Source: a virus. Taken from it: a DNA stretch of 64,000 nucleotides. The notes beneath the pieces were generated by a model. It did no database searches and was not told where the DNA came from. It saw only the letters and a program-made list of their open reading frames with translations. Positions 56,372 to 64,000 of the stretch are shown one piece after another. The first letter of the stretch is position 1. Each line of letters starts with the position of its first letter. A program made the translations under genes and the position numbers. The stretch is from positions 1-64,000 of IMG/VR virus record IMGVR_UViG_3300020463_002275, one strand, 5' to 3'.

Positions 56372-57165
56372 TGTTCATACCTTGCTAAAATTTTATTACA
56401 AAAATCTTTTTCTGTATAATGAAATACTCCGTGTTGTCGGTGGTTGCCAATTTTCAAACCATCATTAAAATACCAATCAACTTTTTGTTGCCAATGCTCA
56501 CTGGTATCTACCCAATTTTGAGCATGTAATTTCATATGTACAAAATCTATTATGTCTACGTCTTGAAAATTATCATATTCCATAAGTTCTAATACTATGG
56601 CCGCACAAACATCAATACTACAATGTTTAGGTTTATGATTTTTACAGAATATTTCATAAAAATCTTCCCAATTTTCTATTACAGTTTCTAGTAGTGCAAA
56701 AAAGTTTGCAACACGTTTTGTTTTTTTAAAGTAATACAATCCTGTATACACATTTATTAGGTAATTTTGTGAAAAGACTTTTCTGTAATAGGTATCATTA
56801 ATAGGTTCTTGTCTATATGTAATAGGATTTTGTGTAAAATATAGTTCTTGATCTTTAAACTTAGACCAATTAATTTTTTCTAAAAACAAAACATCGCTGT
56901 CAACAACTATTGTTTCGTCATATGGCGAAAGGTTAAAGGCTTTCCATCTGTTTTCTATTTTCCATTCACTACTTTTTGCTTGATCATGTTTTAACACAAT
57001 AACTTTGTCGAATACAAAAGCAGTTTTTTGGTCAACTTCTTTGTCTGTTACTAAAGTAAAATGCATATTATTATTTTTCATACCGCTCATTGCACATAGG
57101 TATGCTTGTTTTACATAATCATCTGTAGAATTATTTTGTGCAAATATCAAAACACCTTGTTTCAT
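56359..57165 (-). CDS. GT8-like (GT-A) glycosyltransferase
   Basis: SPYDETIVVDSDVLF (DxD), YTGLYYFKK, VHMK. Confidence 0.7.
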   Translation of the reverse strand: MKQGVLIFAQNNSTDDYVKQAYLCAMSGMKNNNMHFTLVTDKEVDQKTAFVFDKVIVLKHDQAKSSEWKIENRWKAFNLSPYDETIVVDSDVLFLEKINWSKFKDQELYFTQNPITYRQEPINDTYYRKVFSQNYLINVYTGLYYFKKTKRVANFFALLETVIENWEDFYEIFCKNHKPKHCSIDVCAAIVLELMEYDNFQDVDIIDFVHMKLHAQNWVDTSEHWQQKVDWYFNDGLKIGNHRQHGVFHYTEKDFCNKILARYEQCTG

Positions 57166-57950
57166 AGTATTTCCTCTAGACTGTACTTGTTCATAGCATG
57201 TACTGTAAGTCCTTTTGTAGCAATCGGATTATCATCAATAAAAAACATAAGTTTATCTTCATTTATTTCGTGTGTAATATCTTTATCAATAGTATAAAAA
57301 AGTTTTCCTGGCATAGGATTAACAAAATTACCTTTAGAATGATTGTTCATTATATGAGCACCAATACTAAAAGCAAAATCGTTTCTATATGTTTGCTGTA
57401 CTATTTGATATAACATTCTATAGTGGCGCCATTGCTCTTCAATATGCTGTAATAAATCAAAAAATATTTTGTTTTGTTTACATTTTACAAAATACACACA
57501 AGTTGCCCAATAAAAGTCTACACTTGAATCGCTTATTTTATCAAATTGACGATAATCTAAATTTTGTCCCAGATGATATGCATCTTTATACATTAGTAAA
57601 GGATGTGTTTGCTTAAAGCAATTTTTATAAACGTCATCACATATGATTATGTCACTATCTATCATAAGTGTCTGATCATATGGAGACAATTCATAACTTA
57701 AAACCCTTGCATTATTTTTAAATGTTAAATGTTTGCCACTATTACCATTGTTATATAATTTGCTTGTATATCTTTGTGGTGTTTTGAAATCAATTACTTT
57801 ATCAAAAACATTATCTGGAACTTTACAGTCAGTAATTACACTTGTTGGTAAATTAAGATACTTCTTTGCACGTTCTGCAACCATACATGCTTGCTTGACG
57901 TAATCTATTTCTTCATTATTAAATGCATGTACTAGTATACCTTTAGACAT
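57162..57950 (-). CDS. GT8-like (GT-A) glycosyltransferase, paralog
   Basis: SPYDQTLMIDSDII, WATCVYF, RNDFAFS, VHAMNK. Confidence 0.7.
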   Translation of the reverse strand: MSKGILVHAFNNEEIDYVKQACMVAERAKKYLNLPTSVITDCKVPDNVFDKVIDFKTPQRYTSKLYNNGNSGKHLTFKNNARVLSYELSPYDQTLMIDSDIIICDDVYKNCFKQTHPLLMYKDAYHLGQNLDYRQFDKISDSSVDFYWATCVYFVKCKQNKIFFDLLQHIEEQWRHYRMLYQIVQQTYRNDFAFSIGAHIMNNHSKGNFVNPMPGKLFYTIDKDITHEINEDKLMFFIDDNPIATKGLTVHAMNKYSLEEIL

Positions 57951-58278
57951 TAAGGATTCCTTGTACAGTTCTTTCACTATCAACTATTTTTTGATATTCA
58001 GAATGATAACTTTCTGAGGCTTTTGTAAATGCTGTGACTAATTCGTTATAAAATGCTTCTTTATTTTTAATTTTAATAGGAGTGTTATTATTGTCTACAA
58101 AAATATCACTTTTTAGTGCTAGTATACTTGCAATAAATTCTCTAGTGGCAGTAAATTGCCCGCCTTCATAATAGACAGTGCATTCTTTTGTATACTTTTC
58201 TTGTAATATGCGTTTTTGGTTTTTAAATGTTGTAACGTAATCTGCATGTTCTAATGCTTTTTTAAGACGTTGATCCAT
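57943..58278 (-). CDS. Hypothetical protein
   Basis: GGAG SD; first gene behind a sigma70 promoter. Confidence 0.65.
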   Translation of the reverse strand: MDQRLKKALEHADYVTTFKNQKRILQEKYTKECTVYYEGGQFTATREFIASILALKSDIFVDNNNTPIKIKNKEAFYNELVTAFTKASESYHSEYQKIVDSERTVQGILNV

Positions 58279-58297
58279 AATTTCTCCATATAGCAGT

Positions 58298-58326
58298 ATT
58301 ATATGACAGATCGACTAAAAAGTCAA
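58298..58326 (-). promoter_or_regulatory. sigma70-type promoter TTGACT-N17-TATAAT on the - strand
   Basis: agtcaa 58321-58326, attata 58298-58303. Confidence 0.8.
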
Positions 58327-58329
58327 GTA

Positions 58330-59277
58330 TTAACTACCACTAAAATTGGATTGTCTATTGAGTTGAGGTAATGGTGTATTAACATATACACCACTGGCTC
58401 TTTTGAATCCCATTGTAGTAGTAAGATTGCCTACTACATACTCGTCGATTGGAACAACACCTTTTGCTCCAGAAGTATTACCAGTGTCTGCTTCTTCCAT
58501 ACGTATACGGAATTCTATTGTAGAACTGTTTACTTCTTTGCCTCTAATATAATAGTTGTTATCTGCGTAAACTCCACTACCTGTTTTTCTAAAAAGTTGC
58601 TGTTCTGATGAAGTTAATTGAAAGTTTCCTATAGCACTACCTGTACCACTGTTACTTGTGGAAGTATAATTGTAACCAAATGATACTGTGCCTGCATTAG
58701 AAAGCATTGTTGCCCAGTCATTTGTTTTTGCAACGTTAGCGCCTGATGCTGTGCTAGATAAACTGCTGACAAATGTTATTGTTCCGCCAGCATTAAAAAA
58801 ATGCCTACGAGCATCTGCACTTGAAAACACTACTCTAAAATAACCATTAAGTTCTTGATTCCATTGTGTAGGTCCAAAGGTTAATGTATCAGGATCAGTT
58901 CCTGATGTACTTTGTAATGCTGATAATCTAAATCTATTTGGATTATTTTCCAATACAGACATAGTATTTTCATAATCAGCAAAACCTTTTAAAACTCCGT
59001 CTGGGTTATCACTTGTTTCATCTGCAATTAAATCACCTATTAATGCTTGTGCTATTGTTCCTGCAGAACTTTGATTTGTTTGATGTCTGCTTATTCTGTC
59101 AATATCAGTATAAAGTTGATTTAGATGTGTGGCTGTTACTAGATTACCTACAGCAACTTGTGAACTTGCTGTATTTTCTCCATATCCTTCGTTACCAGAT
59201 CCAATAGCAAGGATATTTTCTACCCTTGTTTGCAAATTATTATATCTAGTTGCGGTAATTAAATCACCAACGGCCAT
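58330..59277 (-). CDS. Virion structural protein (tail/baseplate-associated)
   Basis: MAVGDLITA start; Gly/Ser/Thr-rich; RRHFFNAGG; paralog of the next gene. Confidence 0.7.
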   Translation of the reverse strand: MAVGDLITATRYNNLQTRVENILAIGSGNEGYGENTASSQVAVGNLVTATHLNQLYTDIDRISRHQTNQSSAGTIAQALIGDLIADETSDNPDGVLKGFADYENTMSVLENNPNRFRLSALQSTSGTDPDTLTFGPTQWNQELNGYFRVVFSSADARRHFFNAGGTITFVSSLSSTASGANVAKTNDWATMLSNAGTVSFGYNYTSTSNSGTGSAIGNFQLTSSEQQLFRKTGSGVYADNNYYIRGKEVNSSTIEFRIRMEEADTGNTSGAKGVVPIDEYVVGNLTTTMGFKRASGVYVNTPLPQLNRQSNFSGS

Positions 59278-59329
59278 TTACTCTTCTCCAATTATATAGT
59301 AAAAATGATACTATACTTTATTAATTATG

Positions 59330-60238
59330 TCAAAGACTATTTGTAGCCGAAAATGCTGGCGCTGGTGTATCAACAAAAGACCCACTTGCTCTCACAAATC
59401 CTATTTTGGCTTCTAATAATCCTTGAACTGGTTCATCAATTTTATAACCACCCGGGTTATCATCATAAAAATTGTATTTCACACTAATCGTAGAACTAGT
59501 AGGCGCCTTAGCATAAAGAATGTAATTATTATTTCCATACACTCCTGTTGCTGATTTTCTATATATTTCTTGATACGAAGTTGTTAAGTCAAAATTGCCA
59601 ATACTTTGTACAACACCTGTTCCTGATGTTGTTGTTTCTTGATAATTCATGCTTACTGTTCCTGCATTTCCAAGTATAGATGCCCAGTCTTGACTTTTTG
59701 CAACACTATCTCCTGAAGTAGGAGTTCCGCTTAATGAACTTATAAAAGTAAGCGATCCTCCAGCATTAAAAAAATGTCTACGTGCATCACTATCTGCAAA
59801 CGATACTTGAAATTCACATTCAATTGGTGCTGTCCATTGATTTCTACGTTGAATTACTTCAGCGTTATTCAGTGTACTACTTTGTGCTGATGCTAATCTA
59901 AATCTATTTCCTACTGTTTCTATTATACTAATAAAATCTTCGTAGTCTTTGAAACCTTCTTTTGTATCTGCTCCACTAGTATCTTCAGCAACCGAATCTC
60001 CTACCTCAACTTCTGCGATAGAATTTGGAGCACCACCTGTTTGGTGAACAAAAATTTTGTTTAAATCTGTAAACATAGCATTAACGTGGCTTACATTTAT
60101 TACAACATTGCTTGATACTTGCCCACTGGTTACAGTTTGACCATAACCTTCGTTACCTGATCCATTGCCAAGGATTGCACTTACTCTTCCTTGTGCATTG
60201 TTGTATCTTGCGGCTGTTATTAAATCGCCAACTGCCAT
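59330..60238 (-). CDS. Virion structural protein (paralog)
   Basis: MAVGDLITA, DARRHFFNAGG, W..IL.NAGTV shared with 58330..59277. Confidence 0.7.
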   Translation of the reverse strand: MAVGDLITAARYNNAQGRVSAILGNGSGNEGYGQTVTSGQVSSNVVINVSHVNAMFTDLNKIFVHQTGGAPNSIAEVEVGDSVAEDTSGADTKEGFKDYEDFISIIETVGNRFRLASAQSSTLNNAEVIQRRNQWTAPIECEFQVSFADSDARRHFFNAGGSLTFISSLSGTPTSGDSVAKSQDWASILGNAGTVSMNYQETTTSGTGVVQSIGNFDLTTSYQEIYRKSATGVYGNNNYILYAKAPTSSTISVKYNFYDDNPGGYKIDEPVQGLLEAKIGFVRASGSFVDTPAPAFSATNSL

Positions 60239-60248
60239 GCCTGCTTCC

Positions 60249-61730
60249 TTATACTTTTAAAACACACTCTATTAACTGCTCCGTATCAGAAGTGCTTGAT
60301 TCTAATGCAACACCTACTAATCCGTTACTAGCAATAGTTGAAGCAACACCGTCCTGCCATGCATAAACTGCTTGTCCTTTTGATACTGGACCTTTTACTC
60401 TTACTGGCACACGACCTTTTAAGCCGACTGCTTGTCCTTCGGACATACTATTCATTAAATATGCTGGTGATTCTGAAATGACACCTATAGCAAAATCACT
60501 TACTTTTGCTGGACGAACTTCTTTTTCTCCGCCTACTGCTACTACTGTTCCTATTGGTAAATGTTCGTTTGTTTCATAATTCTCTGCAAGGTCTGCGTAT
60601 TGTGCTTGTGTTGCTGTTCCTCTAAAGAAATTAGCATGTAAATCACCCGAACTATCTCTTAATGCTGTTGTGCTTGCAATAGCACTTGTGTCTCCTGCAT
60701 AATCTGCACTATTAAATCTAATAGCATTTGCACTAGAAGCATTTCCTTGAAAATTATCTGCCCAAACATTTGACCATTTTGCAATACTTGATCCTAATGT
60801 ATATGTACTTGTTGCACCTGGATTTATTCCTGTTGATTGAATAACTACACTATTTGTTTGTACACTATTTGCATTACTTGTTTTAAATCTAATAATATTA
60901 TTTGTACCAACTTCATTTGCAATTACGCCTTGGTTACCATTTTCAATATAAATGTGTAAATCGTTTTGATCACCTATTGTAACACCTGCATCTGGAAATC
61001 TTACAATATCTTCAAACTCAGTTGCAGTTCCTGGTGTACTTTGTACAAAACTGCTTGCTTCTAAACCATTAAGTTTCAAAGCATTACTTGCCGTTCCCCA
61101 ATAATAATGTCCTACAGGTGTTGTAACTCCATTAGTTGCATCGGTTGTATTAACAAGTGTTAAACCTTTCTTGACTACATCAAATCCTGTAATAGCATTT
61201 AACGGATCAGTACCGTCAATAGTAAATTCTTGTCCGCTTATAATATAGATAATTTCATCTTCGATTGTTGCGGCAATTACACTATGGTTTATGCTTGCAA
61301 CATCACGAATTGTTTTACTCTGCATCTGTGTAAGACCTGAACCAGCACCTTGCGGTCCAACTAATACAAATGATGTTCCGTTATATGTATATAATTGACT
61401 GTTTCCTGAATCCCACCAAAAGTCACCTGCTGTTAAACCTGCAGGCTGTGAGGTTGAAACTTCTGCACCGCCTGTTGTTTTAAACTTTGAACCATCGTAG
61501 AATTTAATTTTTCCGTTTGTTGAGTCATGCCATATCTGTCCGCTAACTGGTTTAGGCGGTTGTGATGTTCCGCTAAAGTTTTCTAACAAAAACAAAAAGT
61601 TTTCGTTTTGTATTTCGCCGTATCCGGCATAGTTCTTACCAACAAATGTTAAATCTGTTGTAAGATCAACGGTGCCATCTTGCACTACTACTAGTGTTGC
61701 TCCGTTGTATTTGTTAATTGTATAAGCCAT
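60249..61730 (-). CDS. Baseplate-wedge/tail-fibre-like protein with C-terminal autocleaving chaperone-like domain
   Basis: MAYTINK...GKNYAGYGEIQNENFLFLLENF; C-terminal YADLAE...GLKGRVPVRV. Confidence 0.72.
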   Translation of the reverse strand: MAYTINKYNGATLVVVQDGTVDLTTDLTFVGKNYAGYGEIQNENFLFLLENFSGTSQPPKPVSGQIWHDSTNGKIKFYDGSKFKTTGGAEVSTSQPAGLTAGDFWWDSGNSQLYTYNGTSFVLVGPQGAGSGLTQMQSKTIRDVASINHSVIAATIEDEIIYIISGQEFTIDGTDPLNAITGFDVVKKGLTLVNTTDATNGVTTPVGHYYWGTASNALKLNGLEASSFVQSTPGTATEFEDIVRFPDAGVTIGDQNDLHIYIENGNQGVIANEVGTNNIIRFKTSNANSVQTNSVVIQSTGINPGATSTYTLGSSIAKWSNVWADNFQGNASSANAIRFNSADYAGDTSAIASTTALRDSSGDLHANFFRGTATQAQYADLAENYETNEHLPIGTVVAVGGEKEVRPAKVSDFAIGVISESPAYLMNSMSEGQAVGLKGRVPVRVKGPVSKGQAVYAWQDGVASTIASNGLVGVALESSTSDTEQLIECVLKV

Positions 61731-61754
61731 GTTTCAACCCTTTAATTATAACTA

Positions 61755-61761
61755 TATTTAT
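61755..61761 (-). promoter_or_regulatory. T4-late-like promoter core ATAAATA
   Basis: tatttat in the intergenic gap upstream of ATG 61730. Confidence 0.55.
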
Positions 61762-61762
61762 C

Positions 61763-63583
61763 TTACACACTAGATGTAAGGTTTTGGCTAAATGTCCAAT
61801 TCCCACCTGATGTGACGTATTCCTTTAATGATCTTGTTACACTAACTGTAACTGATCCAGTTGCGTTTGTAAAACCAATATCTTGTAATACTGATTCATT
61901 TTGTACTCCTGCGGCGTCTACTGCTATAAACGATTTAGTTGTGACTGCTGTTATATCAATACCTGTAACACTTGCACCGCCAAGTGTTGTACAGTGAATT
62001 TTTGCAGTTGTACCGTTTGCAACAGTACTTGCATTAACTAAGTCGTTTAGCACTAAGCCAATTTGTGTATCATTTAATCCTGTAATATCCATACTAAATG
62101 AAATAGCCGCCGCTGAAATTGATTCATCAACATATTGTTTTGATGCTCCATCTGTTGCTTGTGTTGGTAATGCTAAAGCAGTAATTTTTTGATTTGCTAG
62201 ATTTACGTCACCGTTTCCGTTAATCGTAAGTCCACTAGCACCTGTAATTGTACTACCATTAATATTGATATTATCAACATCTAAATTAACTAGTGTACCT
62301 ACGGTTGTAAGGCTAGATGCTGTAACACCGCCTCCTAATGTTGTAGCACTTAGTACTGATGATCCTGCAATTTTGTATTCGTTACCTGTTGTAACATTAA
62401 TATTTTCTGTTGCTGTCCAACTATTAGTTGCTTGTATCCAAGTCCATTTTTTGTCTGCTCCTGTAACTCTTATAACCATACCAGCATCGTCTACGCCTGC
62501 ATCTGTTAACAAAGTACTGTCGCTAGTAATAGCAAGTTCAATTTGTTTATCTTCTACTCTTAAAGTGCTTACATCTATACTTGCACTAGATCCTTCTACT
62601 AATAAATTTCCTGTTACACGAATATCTCCTGTAACATCTAATGTATACTCTGGTGTGTTATCAAAAATACCTACACGTTTGTTTGCCGCGTCTATGAATA
62701 CAGCATCAATTTGTTGTGCCCCTGCGGCTGTACTTGTAACTCTTATTGCATAGTTTTCATCTAATTGTGCATTCGCTGTAACAAATGAATTACCTATAAT
62801 ACTTAAAGTTTGGTTAGCATTAGGTCCTATAGTAACCCCTGATGAATTACTAACTGTTAGAGAACCAGTAATAGTGTTATTTGTTGTTGAACTTACAAAG
62901 TTATCAGCACCAACTTTCGTACCGTCTGCTTTTATTAATGCCTTTGCCGCATCTGCTGTTCCTTCAAATATAAAATTATCTTTGTCAATTACGTTTATAC
63001 CTTTTTTGATATTACCTGTAATACCATCTATTGTGTATCCTACTGCTGGGGTAAATTCAACATTACTAATAACAGCGGCTCTTGCTGTTGAACCATCAGT
63101 ACCATTACCTAAATATAAACTTGCAAGTGTACGACTTCTGTCTTGAGTGTCAAGCACACTTTCAATTCTAAATCCTGTCTCACCTTGTTTTGATTTGTAT
63201 ACCGGTCCTGCTAATGTAGGATTACCTGATCCATCAAAAAAGTATAACTGATCATTTACATTGTCAATCCATAGATCACCAGCAACCATAGCAGGTTGTT
63301 GTTTTTGTACAAAAGGTCCACCAACATATTTAAAATATGTACCTTCATAAACTTTTACACGGGCTTCACCTGTATCAAACCAAAGTTGTCCTTTTATAGG
63401 ATTAGTTGGACTATTAGAATTACTAAAATTTTCTAGTAGTTTTATAAAATTTTCATTAAATGCTTCGCCGTATCCTGTATAATTTCTACCTACTAATGTA
63501 AGCGAAGTACTGTTAACATCAATAGTTCCATCAATTAAATCTACTAGTAACGTGCCGTCTGTTTTGTTTAGTTTATACGCCAT
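61763..63583 (-). CDS. Baseplate-wedge/tail-fibre-like structural protein
   Basis: MAYKLNKTDG...GRNYTGYGE..NENFIKLLENF N-terminus homologous to 60249..61730; beta-repeat body. Confidence 0.72.
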   Translation of the reverse strand: MAYKLNKTDGTLLVDLIDGTIDVNSTSLTLVGRNYTGYGEAFNENFIKLLENFSNSNSPTNPIKGQLWFDTGEARVKVYEGTYFKYVGGPFVQKQQPAMVAGDLWIDNVNDQLYFFDGSGNPTLAGPVYKSKQGETGFRIESVLDTQDRSRTLASLYLGNGTDGSTARAAVISNVEFTPAVGYTIDGITGNIKKGINVIDKDNFIFEGTADAAKALIKADGTKVGADNFVSSTTNNTITGSLTVSNSSGVTIGPNANQTLSIIGNSFVTANAQLDENYAIRVTSTAAGAQQIDAVFIDAANKRVGIFDNTPEYTLDVTGDIRVTGNLLVEGSSASIDVSTLRVEDKQIELAITSDSTLLTDAGVDDAGMVIRVTGADKKWTWIQATNSWTATENINVTTGNEYKIAGSSVLSATTLGGGVTASSLTTVGTLVNLDVDNININGSTITGASGLTINGNGDVNLANQKITALALPTQATDGASKQYVDESISAAAISFSMDITGLNDTQIGLVLNDLVNASTVANGTTAKIHCTTLGGASVTGIDITAVTTKSFIAVDAAGVQNESVLQDIGFTNATGSVTVSVTRSLKEYVTSGGNWTFSQNLTSSV

Positions 63584-64000
63584 TAAACTTTCCCTGTGTA
63601 AATTATGTAATTTAAGGACATAAACGGATTTAGTGTTTCCATTGCTTGCCCTGTTGTTCCAGAAACTCCTCCACTTGTTGTTACAGCCTGCCCTGCATTT
63701 TGCCCTGTTGGAGCATCAAAAATAATTGATGATGTTGGACTATTAACACCTTTTTGTGCATCAAGTATTGCGTAAAACTGTGTACCTTCAACAACTAAGT
63801 CGTGTTCGTGATCTGGTAAATTAACTTGCCCAATAGTAGTTGTTTCTTGACCGCCAGTATTACCAAGTTCACTACCTTGTAATCCTGAAATTCTGCCAGC
63901 ACCTGTTCCGCCCATATCGTCAAGTCCCATAACAGTTCTACCACGCATGTCTGGTAAAGCAAATCTTGCAACACCTGCATCGCTAAGTAGTCCTTGTTGT
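63583..64000 (-). CDS. Tail-collar-domain fibre protein (5' partial; runs off the right edge)
   Basis: FALPDMRGRTVMG...GGQETTTI...LPDHEH...NPFMSLNYIIYTG is the tail-collar C-terminal pattern. Confidence 0.8.
   Translation of the reverse strand, partial: QQGLLSDAGVARFALPDMRGRTVMGLDDMGGTGAGRISGLQGSELGNTGGQETTTIGQVNLPDHEHDLVVEGTQFYAILDAQKGVNSPTSSIIFDAPTGQNAGQAVTTSGGVSGTTGQAMETLNPFMSLNYIIYTGKV

Noticed and set aside
3747-63980. Many 60-160 aa ORFs in the track that lie opposite or out of frame within longer genes (e.g. 29310..29801 -, 54176..54646 +, 62265..62753 +, 14451..14714 +)
   Set aside because: Shadow ORFs: fully nested in well-supported genes, without SDs, with compositions mirroring the real strand.
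1-64000. tRNA, rRNA, CRISPR array, integrase or IS element
   Set aside because: Intergenic gaps are tiny; I saw no cloverleaf with T-loop GTTCRA, no spaced direct repeats and no recombinase or transposase motifs.
1-64000. Stop-codon reassignment (seen in some large phages)
   Set aside because: Long conserved genes are intact in code 11 and tile the window with normal overlaps; TAG and TGA act as real stops.

Overview
A 64 kb slice of an AT-rich (about one-third GC by eye), gene-dense, large lytic tailed phage genome in genetic code 11. It is probably a distant T4-superfamily or jumbo myophage; the host cannot be determined from this window. Nearly all genes run on + up to ~37.4 kb and on - beyond that. 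From left to right: (i) basic, Glu-delimited modular proteins; (ii) a replication and nucleotide block (family B DNA polymerase, clamp-like protein, RNase H-like 5'-3' nuclease, DEDD exonuclease, MBD4-like glycosylase, HIT, PRTase), interleaved with sugar-nucleotide enzymes and a 7-deazaguanine-type set (TGT/DpdA-like, QueD-like, QueE) plus a glycosyltransferase, PsiE and a short YgfZ; (iii) a MoxR AAA+/vWA-peptidase pair and a tail-fibre-like gene; (iv) a ~22.6 kb island of tailoring enzymes (8 radical SAM including one B12-type, 8 2OG-Fe(II)/TauD/AspH-like oxygenases, 3 PLP enzymes, 2 QueC-like PP-loop proteins, desaturase, GNAT, hydrolase, nitroreductase, kinase) containing a repeated cassette; (v) a GT-GT-repeat-methyltransferase fusion, two GT8-like genes and baseplate/tail genes. 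Near-consensus sigma70 promoters and ATAAATA late-type motifs are visible. By manual reading, AGCT and GCWGC appear absent from the window. No tRNA, rRNA, CRISPR, integrase or IS was seen. All functional calls come from motifs recognised by eye, not database searches.
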